DNA of 63,686 bases, the filler included, from Bonamia ostreae (taxonomy: Eukaryota): assembly GCA_040357525.1 (NCBI GenBank). It is 54 parts of 54 records of this genome, joined end to end, with 100 filler letters (N's around TTAATTAATTAA, not from the genome) between each part and the next. Parts side by side here need not be neighbours in the genome. Positions count along the whole stretch, not along the records: positions 35,553 to 36,631 come from JBDODL010002781.1; positions 36,732 to 37,810 come from JBDODL010002782.1; positions 37,911 to 38,989 come from JBDODL010002783.1; positions 39,090 to 40,167 come from JBDODL010002784.1; positions 40,268 to 41,345 come from JBDODL010002785.1; positions 41,446 to 42,523 come from JBDODL010002786.1; positions 42,624 to 43,701 come from JBDODL010002787.1; positions 43,802 to 44,879 come from JBDODL010002788.1; 46 more parts are not named here. One strand, 5' to 3'. A program made the translations under genes and the position numbers. This document shows, one piece after another, positions 36,111 to 47,501 of the stretch. The notes below the pieces were generated by a model, which saw only the letters and a program-made list of their open reading frames with translations, did not search any database and was not told where the DNA came from. Each line of letters opens with the position of its first letter. The stretch's first letter is position 1.

Positions 36111-37910
36111 CTTAAGAAGAAATATTTTATAGTTTAGTTTATGTTAGTGAACTGAAATGAATAGGTTATCCCATTTGCTAAATATTCACGTACAGACAAC
36201 ACATTCCAGCAAATTATACCAATATATATTGGTATTCTTTTTAGCGAGTAATGAACTATATATATATATAAATGAAAATAAGTGACCTAGTATTTCTAAC
36301 CATTTGCAATCAATTCTCTGAGCGTTATCCTATGTTTATTTTGAATAGGGAGTGTGGTGATTCTAATGATACCGAACTTACTTTGGTACTAGTAACGAGT
36401 ATTTATATCCATTATTGCTATGGCGTTGAAACGAGTTGAAACGTTTTGAAATTAGTATTCTTAGAAAAGGGTCCTTAATATCCTGTGTGGCATCTTTCAT
36501 CAACATGAAATACTGAGGACATCTAGGATTTGGTATCACAAAAGAATTAATTTTGGATATGTACCCGCCAATAGAGGTTATCAAAAATATATGATCACAT
36601 CAATATGATGGGATTGACCCCTTCAACGAAANNNNNNNNNNNNNNNNNNNNNNNNNNNNNNNNNNNNNNNNNNNNTTAATTAATTAANNNNNNNNNNNNN
36701 NNNNNNNNNNNNNNNNNNNNNNNNNNNNNNNTGATTATCAATCCTGGAAGCCAACCCTGTCAACCCGTAACAGTATGGGCAAGTATTTTGGAAATCCTCT
36801 TCATTTTGGTATCGCCTTGTTGGCACTATGAGGCGAATAAGGATCAGTGACATGATTGATTTAAATTACAATCATGACATTCTCTACAAACGTTCCTATT
36901 AAAAAATTAAAATATTGACTCAAACAGAAACATAGAGAAACAGTCGGGAAATTATAATCAAATACCCCTGCAGGAATCGAAATCAATCACACAATAATAG
37001 TCAGGCGCTTATCCGCTTAAAGTTGCCAGAACACCTCATTCAAAATATTTTTTTTAAACTTAAAATGCTAACACGTATTCCGGTGTTTGGGGAAAGTCCA
37101 TACTGGACTCTAGGAGGAACTATGCTTTCAGGGTTAAGTCAATATTCACAAATTCAATCAAACCTAGAATTAAAATACTGAAACCATCAACTCCTAAACC
37201 ATCAACATCCCTCACTTACCATTGAGATCAAAAGTTGGATTTAGCAATTTTATAATTGCAAGAATCCTATCCGAAATATATAGAAAAGTTATGAATTGGG
37301 AATTACAGACTTAACAATTCTTTTGCCCACTTTGGATGAGCATCTTGTTGTATTCCTATAACCATCGATGATAATATTTTAAAAATTTATCAACACGCTG
37401 TATTCCCTCAAAACGTTTCCTCGGAAGTCAATGACACGTGCAGACGCATTAATTAATCAGAATGACATAATTGAAAATTGATGCAAACCCAAAGGAGTCC
37501 GGAATGCTGGAAATTTATCGTCAGTATATCGGATTGTTTCACGATCAATTCAGTTAGACAAGAGTAAAGGCACAAGATCACACAAGCTCTTACCAGTTTC
37601 CAAACTTGATTCCGGACTATTCTATGAGAAACAAATGAAAAAGAATATGGACTTCCCAGTACATGTGCGTGTCTATCATTGCTTAGTTTAATATGGTGAT
37701 TTCTCAACCCCACAATTAAGTAATGTACCAATTTCATGTTCTCCATCGTTAGTCAGACCATGACACTTTCTGATATCAATTTCTGATGTCACGTTTGATT
37801 CACTTTTGCCNNNNNNNNNNNNNNNNNNNNNNNNNNNNNNNNNNNNNNNNNNNNTTAATTAATTAANNNNNNNNNNNNNNNNNNNNNNNNNNNNNNNNNN
37901 NNNNNNNNNN

Positions 37911-38989
37911 TCGCAGCGAAAAGTTGGAAATGCCGAAAATGTAAACTTTACCTTCCAAATCCAGCAAAACAGCGTGATTGTTGCCCGAAGAAATGTCCAC
38001 TATCTTCGGACTTTTGGGAATTTTTAGTTTATATGGAATATTCTGCTCTTTCACGATTTTGTTCTTTTCCAAATGATGTCCCACTCTGCCGCTACTGCTT
38101 TTGAAGGAACCCCACGAAAAAACGGTCCCGTCTTCGAGGAGAGCGACCATATGTTCGTCTCCCACAGAAATTTTAGTGGTTTTGGGAGGTTTGTTTTTAA
38201 AGCTTTTTTCGAAGCTTACTTTTTTTGGAAAATATTCCAAATCGGTGTTTTTTGATGTGTCCCTTCCCAATACTCCGCCGTCGTTCTAATAAAATTTTAA
38301 AAATTCTAAAAATTCTAAAAATGGCTTTTTGCGAAACAAAATTTTTACACAATTCTTAAATTTTTATACAATTCTTAAATGATATGAAATTAGAGTCTGT
38401 TCATTAAAATATTCAAAAGTTGGCAATATGAACAAAATTGTTAATAAAGCGAGTTCCAAACAGCTTTAAATTAACATAAATTGCTGCAATAAATGTCCGA
38501 TTACGTTGACAGATAAAAATTGTTGCAATATAAAAATGGACGTTTTTTAAGACTTTTATACAATTGGCATATAATATTTAAAGCTCGATTGATAATGTTG
38601 CGAGCAATCTTAAATAGAAACGGGTCCCCAAGTCCAGACGTCTCCGTCGGAATCGATGGCGGCCATGCAAAAAGATCCGCACGCGACAGACACAAAATGG
38701 ATTCTCAGCGAATCTTTTTGCAAAAATGGTCTTTTGACGTCGGCTTCGCCATTTGGACCTAATCCGAGCGTTCCAAATGAGTTGTTTCCAAAAACAAATA
38801 AACCAGTCTTCCCATTTTCAATTTTTTCTAGACTTTTGGCAAAATTGGATTTAAATTCATTTTTCTCGACCGTTTTTTCCTTCTTCGATTCAATATTTTC
38901 GTCGAAAAAGCCAAAAGTAAATTTTGACGGATTTGTCTTTTCGCCGAAAATATTAGTTTTCGCAGAATTTTTGTTGTTTTCTGTTGTTT
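37911..38989 (-). CDS. RCC1: RCC1 (RanGEF) beta-propeller, internal fragment
   Basis: LFVFGNNSFGTLGLG...VACGSFC...GDVWTWGP|NDGGVLGR...ISVGDEHMVALLEDGTVFSWGSFK...ISSGNNH. Intron 38286-38621. Confidence 0.85.
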
Positions 38990-39089
38990 NNNNNNNNNNN
39001 NNNNNNNNNNNNNNNNNNNNNNNNNNNNNNNNNTTAATTAATTAANNNNNNNNNNNNNNNNNNNNNNNNNNNNNNNNNNNNNNNNNNNN

Positions 39090-39321
39090 ACATAGAAACC
39101 GAAAAAAAACTGTTGTTGATTGGTGCAGATTTTTAAGAGAAGTCCTTGTATTTAAATACGAAAATAAAGAAAAGAAAATCGGGGGTGAAAATAGGATCGT
39201 TGAAATTGACGAATCGGTTACCAGTCGACGTAAATACAAAAAAGACCGTATAACAAAAATATTCTGTCATTATCATTGCACTTCTGTACCGATTTTGACA
39301 TATACTGGGGCCGATCACTAA
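39090..39321 (+). mobile_element. Merlin (IS1595/ISXO2-like) transposase fragment, truncated after the first catalytic Asp
   Basis: TVVDWCRFLREV...KIGGENRIVEIDES..SRRKY..DR matches the Merlin motif KIGGxGxxVEIDESxFxKRKYxxGR. Confidence 0.85.
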
Positions 39322-39481
39322 GAAAAGCATAACCTTCCTCCCCTGACCTGTCTCTTATTACAAATACAGTAAATTTAAAAAAATCTGTCAATGTTCTGTA
39401 TGCGGTCTTATTACTCTAACATACATACGCCATTTAGCAATTTACAATTAAGAAAACACCATAAGCTCGGTTAAATTGAGA

Positions 39482-40011
39482 ATGGCGATTCTACACACTG
39501 ATGTTTTAAATAATAATTTAGATCGAAGTTTTGTGTAATAAGGAATTGAAACAAACAAACATCCTTGAAATCGATAAAGATCTACTCGACATAAAAAACA
39601 AAATCTTGAAGGCTCACCAGGAGAACAAAGAATTTAAATCCGATCTCAAAATGGATTTGATCGGGAGTTTTCTTTTGGGCAGCATAATTTTCGACAACAA
39701 ATTAGGTGTAGACATTGCTGTATACACCGAAAAAGTTTATTTTGCCAATATAGGACTTCTTCGAAGAACTTGATATATATTCTCGTGTATATTTTGAAAA
39801 AAGAAAACGTTTTGCTGCGTTTATTCAAAACGCTCTAAAGAATATATTTGACCAAATCGACTTAATTGAAGATTCTGCTTTTTATCGCCCTATTTTGACT
39901 ATCCAACATCTAGTTAATGGCAGAATGGTCACTTATAATTTCTTTATGTGCACTTATTATTCAAGTGTAGACTTCGCTAATATAACGCCATTAAATTCTA
40001 AGCTAATAAAA
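39482..40011 (+). CDS. NOL6: NOL6/Utp22 (Nrap) N-terminal region, 3' partial
   Basis: LIGSFLLGS...VDIAV...FFEELDIYSRVYFEKRKRFAAFI...RPIL. Two 19-nt introns (39503-39521 and 39735-39753) restore the frame. Confidence 0.75.
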
Positions 40012-40020
40012 GTTTATTTA

Positions 40021-40167
40021 TTTAATTTGGAATTTGGGGCTCACGTCTCGACCTGACCATTCATCGTCTAGCGCAGATATTCAAAGTTCGAAATTTTCAG
40101 TAGCAACAATAAATTTTATAAATATGCGCGATGGCTCAGTGATTCTGAATAACTGTACGCATTCGTG
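40021..40167. mobile_element. Second locus of the SINE-like family: tail on the minus strand plus head on the plus strand, inside a NOL6 intron
   Basis: TTTGGAATTTGGGGCTCACG.CTCGACCTGAC...CATCGTCTAGCGCAGATATTCAA matches 19691-19770. GCGCGATGGCTCAGTG...GCATTCGTG (40126-40167) resembles the tRNA-like head. Confidence 0.6.
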
Positions 40168-40334
40168 NNNNNNNNNNNNNNNNNNNNNNNNNNNNNNNNN
40201 NNNNNNNNNNNTTAATTAATTAANNNNNNNNNNNNNNNNNNNNNNNNNNNNNNNNNNNNNNNNNNNNTGTAAGATATTGTGATAATAATTACTGTTTTAA
40301 ATTAAGAAGTATTTATAGAAAACTTACTAAAAAC

Positions 40335-40845
40335 CTACTCCTTTCGCAGCCCCGTTTGGGCCCCTAAAAACAACGGGCACTTTTGTTGCGCCTCCTGTCA
40401 TGTAGCAAGCTTTCGCAGCCGAATTAACGATCTGATCGATTGCCTGTAAACTGAAATTGAACGACATAAATTCGCAGATCGGCCGTAATCCGTTCATCGC
40501 TGCTCCCTTTGTTATGAAGACAATATTTTAAACGCAATCGATCCAATCGTTTTGGCAAAAATAAAAAACGACAGAAATTCCTGTGAACCCCATTTCCGTA
40601 ATTGGAGTGTCGAGCACTCTTTTGTCGGAGAAGCGGTCCAAAAGACCTTGAGTGATCTTATACGCGCCATTGTAGTCGGCGACTTCTTCGCCAATAACGA
40701 ACACATTTTCGTCTCGTTCCATTTCTTCGCGAATAGAGCTGTTTAAAGCTGCACGTACTGTCATTTCTTTAGAGCTGAAATATCGTGAAAATCCGAATTT
40801 CGTTTTGTTGTTTTTCAGCATCTTTTTCGTTAAATTTTTGAGCAT
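40335..40845 (-). CDS. PDHB: Pyruvate dehydrogenase E1 beta subunit, mitochondrial, 3' partial
   Basis: Basic presequence, then MTVRAALN...[17 protein letters not shown]...[25 protein letters not shown]...FRGPNGAA. Intron 40507-40569. Confidence 0.96.
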
Positions 40846-42623
40846 TTTCGTTTATTTGTATTTTCTTAAAAAATTTTTTAAGAACTTTTATATAAAAAAT
40901 TATTTAAATCGACCGACGAAAAAATTTGTCAGAAGAATGGCAAAGTGGATTAATTAAACCATTATATATATCTTTTTTATGGAAGAAACGCTTTTATAAA
41001 CTAAAAATGGCTTGCAGCAATTTAAAGACTTTTGATTAAATTTTTGCTGTTCTTTTGTAATTTTTTCCTGGACAAATGTTCATTAAAAGAACCGCTTTAC
41101 TTTGACAAATTGATCTGTTGCGAAGAATTTTGGTCTCGTCATTTTCTCATATAAACTGAGAATATCTACACATTTTAGAAGTACAACTTCCAATTTTTAA
41201 CTTAAAAAACTATTCAAATATCGATCAACAAAATTTGCAGAAAAAATATTCGAACGTAAAGGACTTTTTGCAAAAAACTTATTCCAAATCATTTACAGTT
41301 TTTGAGTGACCGCGTCGAGAATGGAAACCGCCGACTCGCAAGTGTNNNNNNNNNNNNNNNNNNNNNNNNNNNNNNNNNNNNNNNNNNNNTTAATTAATTA
41401 ANNNNNNNNNNNNNNNNNNNNNNNNNNNNNNNNNNNNNNNNNNNNTGTTTACCAGTTCGTCTTAATTAATGAAAGCCATATCGCAAACAGATTGGAAAGT
41501 AAATGTACTATATAAGATCAATTGAACATACATAACGTACACAATAATGCCCCTGTGAAAGGTGAAATACCCTGGTAAATGTGAAGGCCAGTAGAAAGTG
41601 GACCACCATCTCCTCCCATTTTTTGTGAATAATTTGGTTTAAATTGATTCGTCTGTTAAACACTGCATGTGCAAAACTACTATTTGGTCTTGGGTGAAGG
41701 CAAAATTTATATCAAATCACCTAAACGATTCATTTTAGGAAGTTTGGATTGACTACCACATGTTCCTCAACGTTTTCGTGAAAGTTTGAATAGACCGCCT
41801 CTGAATTGTTCTATACAACTGATGTTGTGTATTGATAGTTTAACGATGAATCATGGCGCTAGAAAATCTTTAAGATGCATAGAGAATATATTTTAAGATG
41901 TACAGAAGTTTCTTCTTCAATATAGGTAACTGATAGTTTAGCTTTTATGAATGATTTATTGAGAATGTGAGGAAAAAAATAAAGCCCCAATATTCCTTCT
42001 GAATCTACCATCTACTGTTCTTTTGACAAATTTGGGCGCGTACTGCTAACCAACTATTATATGCGAGCGAGAAATAGTAGTTGACGAATTTTTCATCGGT
42101 CATTCGGGAATAAAAAATGACGCGTATAATAATTGGTTCACAGCATTTATCATGGGGAAATGTAACCTTATTAGATTTTCCAACGAAGAGTGAGAAAGTT
42201 TGACCTCCCTACCATTAAAACATTGTTTTGTTCTCTTTTAAACTACACAAATTGACGTAAGTTGTTAAATGAGAGGATAATGTGATTGATAGTTTGCTTT
42301 GTAATTTTCAGCTTTCATCTTTAAAATCAATGACTTACGGATATAAACTTTATACACAATGTACAACAAAATTCAAACTTATCTTTACTTATTCGGTATG
42401 TTTAATGCATTTATATTAGAGGTACATGTATACTTGTAGGTTTTGTAAAAAAGTGATTGAATCATACAAATGCAATGATAGTATTTTCTGAAATGTTGAG
42501 AGTTGATGAGGACAAAAAACAAGNNNNNNNNNNNNNNNNNNNNNNNNNNNNNNNNNNNNNNNNNNNNTTAATTAATTAANNNNNNNNNNNNNNNNNNNNN
42601 NNNNNNNNNNNNNNNNNNNNNNN

Positions 42624-43191
42624 CTTAATGACTTTGCACGCGAAGCGATAACCCAATCAGTCGCCGGCACTGTCGTCGGCGCGTACGTGCTGGGGATCGA
42701 GATCAAACCTCAATTTTTTCGTTTCACCAAAAAAGGAAAAATTTATCTTTTGGACTTCGACTCTCTTTTCGGCTGTCCCATCGTCGACGCGCCTCTCTCT
42801 GCTGGGAGTAAACCCAAAATACACTTAGAACACAGTTTGATAATTTTCCATTAAAAACTAATATACGAAAAAAAGTTAAAATGTTTTTCCCGGGAGCTTT
42901 ATTGAGTTATTTTGGTCGTGTTGGAACATCGGAAATGAATGCGGCGTGTATCGTGGCATTTTTGAATCTGAGGAAATATAGCGGCACTGTTATTCGATTT
43001 GGTTAAATTTGGCAATTTTAGTGAAAATGATGTTCGGGAATTGTTACGACAGCAGAGATTTGGAAAAGTTCGTTTCGATGATGTTAATGGCGGATGCGGA
43101 ATTCAAAGAAGTGGAAAAGAACATAAAGAAGACAATCAAAACAAGTTCAAAGTACTATCAAAGGCTACTTCTCAGTTTGCTGGAACAATAA
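42624..43191 (+). CDS. PI3K/PI4K-family kinase-domain C-terminus with degenerate catalytic motifs, 5' partial
   Basis: TQSVAGTVVGAYVLGIEIKPQFFRFTKKGKIYLLDFD...CIVAFLNLRKY...MMF. Introns 42835-42875 and 43002-43021 (20 nt), stop at 43191. Confidence 0.75.
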
Positions 43192-43350
43192 AACACCATT
43201 TTTTGTATATCAATACAAAAAAAAATATTAATTGTTTACAATATAATAGTTTTAGTCATATCGAGCTTATTTGAAATGGAGAAGTAATGACCTTAAATTT
43301 ATAAGACATAATATAAGGCAAAATTTATAGCACTCGTTTATAAAGTTCAG

Positions 43351-43701
43351 ATGCAAATGGACACTTCCAGTCTTCTCGCAACTGCGTTTTTGATTTTGCT
43401 TTTGGTCGCCCTTTCGCTTGTCCTGAAAAGACTTCATTTTGTCGATATCTCGGCTTCTTTTAAAAATAACTTTTTTTACGAAAAGCTGATAAAGAGCTTT
43501 AAAACTATGTCGGTAGAGATCGCTTTCTCTGAATTGAATAACGATATAAAGTTTAAAAAATATAGTATAATAAGAAACAGGGTTTGTCGAAAAAAGGCCA
43601 AATTAAAAATGGATCGAAAAAACATTAATTCTGTTAGTTTTGATGATTACGCCAAAACGAAGAAAATCGTTCCCATTTTCTACATTTTTATTGTCAAATT
43701 G
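43351..43701 (+). CDS. Hypothetical protein with N-terminal membrane anchor, 3' partial
   Basis: Open frame of more than 100 codons with the hydrophobic segment LLATAFLILLLVALSLVL followed by KR. Confidence 0.55.
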
Positions 43702-43827
43702 NNNNNNNNNNNNNNNNNNNNNNNNNNNNNNNNNNNNNNNNNNNNTTAATTAATTAANNNNNNNNNNNNNNNNNNNNNNNNNNNNNNNNNNNNNNNNNNN
43801 NAAAAGAATTTGATAAAAACGGAATAT

Positions 43828-44295
43828 ATGGAAAAGAAACAAGTCGAGAGACTGATAAAAAAAACTCTTAAGGGAATAGGGCTATATTCAAAAGAAGCTC
43901 TACTTCTTCTGATGGGTACAATGGCACAAGAAAGTGCTTTTGGTCGTTACATTCGACAATTGAACGGTGGTCCTGCACTTGGTGTATTCCAATGTGAGCC
44001 AGGAACATTTAATTATGATCTTGAGAAGTTGAAAGCAAAACCTCATTTGTACACTAAAGTTCTGAAAGTTTCCGGATGCAGAGAAATGACTTTTGAGCAA
44101 CTTGAAACCAATTTGGCTTTAGCTATTTGTTTTGCTCGACTTCATTACTATTTCTATCCAAAGGCTATCCCTCGAACACTAGAAGAGCAATACAACTACT
44201 ATAAAGTTTATTACAACTCTGTACAGGGAGCAGCAACAAAAGATCAGTATTTGACAAATTACAAAAAGTATATTGGTGAATTTAAAATCGATTAA
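43828..44295 (+). CDS. Phage lysozyme-like protein (putative endolysin)
   Basis: Intronless. LLMGTMAQES, GPALGVFQCEP, ARLHY and YKVYYNS form a lysozyme-fold pattern (catalytic Glu in AQES, GxxQ) seen in marine phage proteins. Confidence 0.75.
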   Translation: MEKKQVERLIKKTLKGIGLYSKEALLLLMGTMAQESAFGRYIRQLNGGPALGVFQCEPGTFNYDLEKLKAKPHLYTKVLKVSGCREMTFEQLETNLALAICFARLHYYFYPKAIPRTLEEQYNYYKVYYNSVQGAATKDQYLTNYKKYIGEFKID

Positions 44296-44297
44296 TC

Positions 44298-44879
44298 ATG
44301 TCAAAAATACCGAAATGGTTAACAAAAGAGAGAGTGATATTTTTAATCATTCTTATACTCTTATCGATATTGTTTGAGAGTATCATTATTAGAACTAAAA
44401 ATGAGACGATGGAGGCTATTAAAACGGCATCTATGTATGATAAAACGTCTCAAGAATTTGAGGTTGTTAAATCAAAAGGAAAGGAGGTGATTGTGAAGCA
44501 GGACCAGGTGTTAATAACCGAAAAACATGCTTTGCAATCTAAATTAATAACCAAAAAGGAATACAGGGATAATAAAATAAAAAATCTAAAATCAAAAATC
44601 AACATATCTCAAAGTGTGGAGGTTAAAAAGAAAATTGCCAATTACAATAAAGAACCGATTTTAAAAAATGTCGATTCACTTAAATACCTGGCAATACCTA
44701 GAAAATTCACATTTGAGGATAGCCTTCTTTTCTTTAGCGGTACAATAACAAATAAGGCCGTAATACTCGATAGCTTAAAGATGAAGAATGATTTTAGTAT
44801 TTATGTCGCAGATGATGTTAAATTGCTCAAAAAACGCAATCCAGTGATTAAATATATCTCAAACAATCCTAATGTATCA
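44298..44879 (+). CDS. Phage membrane-anchored protein (putative spanin-like), 3' partial
   Basis: Starts 2 nt after the lysin stop. N-terminal TM segment VIFLIILILLSILF followed by a helical and then beta-rich region. The arrangement resembles Bacteroidota phage lysis cassettes. Confidence 0.55.
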
Positions 44880-45130
44880 NNNNNNNNNNNNNNNNNNNNN
44901 NNNNNNNNNNNNNNNNNNNNNNNTTAATTAATTAANNNNNNNNNNNNNNNNNNNNNNNNNNNNNNNNNNNNNNNNNNNNCTGTACAGATATTGGCAAAAT
45001 CATCACTTAGTGCCAATACCTTAGCTGCATTTTATCCTGTAGAGAATGATGATACACCTAATTATCTTAAAAACTATTAATTATTTATTTGATAAATAAT
45101 TAAACTTTAAACAAAATCTTACTTCACGAT

Positions 45131-45159
45131 AAAGTCTTCAAAATATTTTGAGGGCTTTT
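45131..45159. terminator. Putative rho-independent terminator hairpin
   Basis: AAAGTCTTCAAAA-TA-TTTTGAGGGCTTT inverted repeat about 50 nt after a plus-strand stop at 45080, between convergent genes. Confidence 0.5.
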
Positions 45160-45365
45160 CATTATAGAAGTAGTATAAAAAAGCTATAACTCCCTAAAAA
45201 AATAGTTATAAATCATTAAAGATATAATTACATGGGAAGAAAATAAAAAATTAGATTCCAATATTAATCTCTTAAACTATAATAATCTGAGATTATAAAA
45301 AAGTTATATAATCATGAAGAGTAGAGGGAAAAGTGATTGTTTTGAAGATTCAAGGGCATAATAAA

Positions 45366-45704
45366 TCAACAGAATATAATTTTTTGTACTAACAGATGAC
45401 TCTTTTGTAAATCAATATTAAAATTATAGTTTGAATTGTTGGTATTTTTAATTGTTTTGTATGAAACTACACTATCATCTTCTAAATACAAGTCAAATTT
45501 AATGTATGCATTTTTTAAGATGTGTTCTTTATGTTTTAGTTTAACAATAATCTCATTTTTTCCTAACTCAAGCTTATGTTTAGCTTTTATATTAATTCTA
45601 TAATCGCCAGATCTTATTTTTTTAATGCTCATTTCATTTTCTTGAGCATATACACTCCCTAACAAGAGAGTAGTTATTAAAATTATATTTCGTAAAGTTT
45701 TCAT
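45366..45704 (-). CDS. Bacterial secreted FixH/YtkA-like Ig-fold protein with C-terminus deleted
   Basis: RBS AAGGA upstream of the ATG and signal peptide MKTLRNIILITTLLLGSVYA. The intact C-terminus (KGQYGYLLTFRKKDGVTHSVRGNFRI) is present in a duplicate at about 45924-46057. The style suggests Campylobacterota, which is an inference. Confidence 0.55.
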   Translation of the reverse strand: MKTLRNIILITTLLLGSVYAQENEMSIKKIRSGDYRINIKAKHKLELGKNEIIVKLKHKEHILKNAYIKFDLYLEDDSVVSYKTIKNTNNSNYNFNIDLQKSHLLVQKIIFC

Positions 45705-46960
45705 GTCTTTCCTTTTTTTATAAATTATATATATTTAATATTTGGAGAAGAGGAATTTATTCCAATTCTCCATGAAGCAATCTTTTACTTGAATGATCAT
45801 GAACTTTTTTATGATGATCATTTTTATAAAATAAAAAATATGTAGAACTAATAACTCCTCCTATAATAATCAATTATAAAGACGTAAATAATTATTAAAA
45901 TAGGAACAGATGACTCTTTTATTTAAATTCTAAAATTACCTCTTACAGAATGAGTTACTCCATCTTTCTTCCTAAAGGTCAACAAATAGCCGTACTGACC
46001 CTTCTTTTGTAAATCAATATTAAAATTATAGTTTGAATTGTTGGTATTTTTAATTGTNNNNNNNNNNNNNNNNNNNNNNNNNNNNNNNNNNNNNNNNNNN
46101 NTTAATTAATTAANNNNNNNNNNNNNNNNNNNNNNNNNNNNNNNNNNNNNNNNNNNNTTTGGAATCTCAAAAGAAACACACCATGTCGAATGTGCTTGAA
46201 ACTACACAATAGAAAGAAATAGATTCGGTGATTATGTATTCAAGGTTTCGGTCATTTCATGGTGGCTAATTATATATGTTCGGTATTCAGTTTTGGAATT
46301 TCTCTGACGGCTCCCAATGAGGCTACTCTTTTTCGGAAACCATAGTTTTGAATTCCATATCATGCACATCTAAAAAAAAAATTCATCTTTAAACAGAAAC
46401 GTTATACAATATTGTCATCCGGAACATGCATACACAGATTCTTCCATCATTCATTTTTTCTTTGTTTACTAAATAATGTTATATGGTAGGTTATAGTCGT
46501 TTTAGATTCCCTTCCTGCATTGTTTATGCATTCTGGCAGAGTATCAAGCTCTCCCATTTCTGCCCAATATCTAACATAATCTTCGACAGAAAGATATTTA
46601 GAGATTAAGTTTTGGCGCCACTTCAAATAGCGGGGTTCTTGAATTAATCCAGATATAATCTGGTCTAGATCCAGTTACAAGTAACAGGGACTACTATGAA
46701 GCATACAGTCATGGCTATCATTGTTACTGCTTGTAAAAATAAGGGGGGAATAGAACACGCATTTTAAATATGTAGAAAACTTGTCTAGCAGGAAGTTGAT
46801 TTCAAAATGATTACTCATCCAGTCATACAGAGGTGCACCAGTTACCATTGCAGTGAAAATGGTTGGGTACAATTTAAGCTGTGAAATATGATCCGTGTCT
46901 TGCTACCTCAAATGTGAGGGATATTCTCCTGTTAAAGTTCCATTTGGATTCTATTCCCTC

Positions 46961-47234
46961 AACAACAGGTCCACAGGCCTTATCGGTCACCTGAGAATTA
47001 GTTGTATCACTAGTGCCAAGGGCTATGGAATCTACAATTGTTTTTCCTGCTTTGAATGCTAATATTCAACGACAGTATATGTATCAGTTTTAAGATCACA
47101 CATTTCTTTTAACTGCCCCCAATAGTGCCTATAAAAATAAAAGGTTTTACATAATATAACATATGTAACATTATCATAATATTTATTAATTTGGACCCAT
47201 CTAAGGGTCAATACCCCGGGGGTACTTCTGCTTT
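46961..47234 (+). mobile_element. Terminus of an oyster-type non-autonomous Helentron/Helitron
   Basis: AACAACAGGTCCACAGGCCTTATCGGTCACCTGAG resembles the AACAAGAGGCCCATGGGCCACATCGCTCACCTGAG end I recall for bivalve Helentron-like elements. Confidence 0.5.
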
Positions 47235-47334
47235 NNNNNNNNNNNNNNNNNNNNNNNNNNNNNNNNNNNNNNNNNNNNTTAATTAATTAANNNNNNNNNN
47301 NNNNNNNNNNNNNNNNNNNNNNNNNNNNNNNNNN

Positions 47335-47460
47335 GACATTTAAAAACAAAAATTTGACATTTAAAAAACAAAAATTTGACATTTAAAAACAAAAATTTGA
47401 CATTTAAAAACAAAAATTTGACATTTAAAAAACAAAAATTTGACATTTAAAAAACAAAAA
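47335..47460. repeat. 21-22 bp tandem repeat x6 (GACATTTAAAAACAAAAATTT), intronic
   Basis: Directly visible at the contig start, ending about 40 nt before an AG acceptor at 47501. Confidence 0.92.
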
Positions 47461-47501
47461 GAAATTTGAAAGTCACAAATTTGCAATAACAATTCTAAAA
47501 G

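Noticed and set aside
43802-46057. Horizontal transfer of phage or bacterial genes into the eukaryote
   Set aside because: The contigs are separate and have no eukaryotic flanks, so contamination is the simpler explanation.
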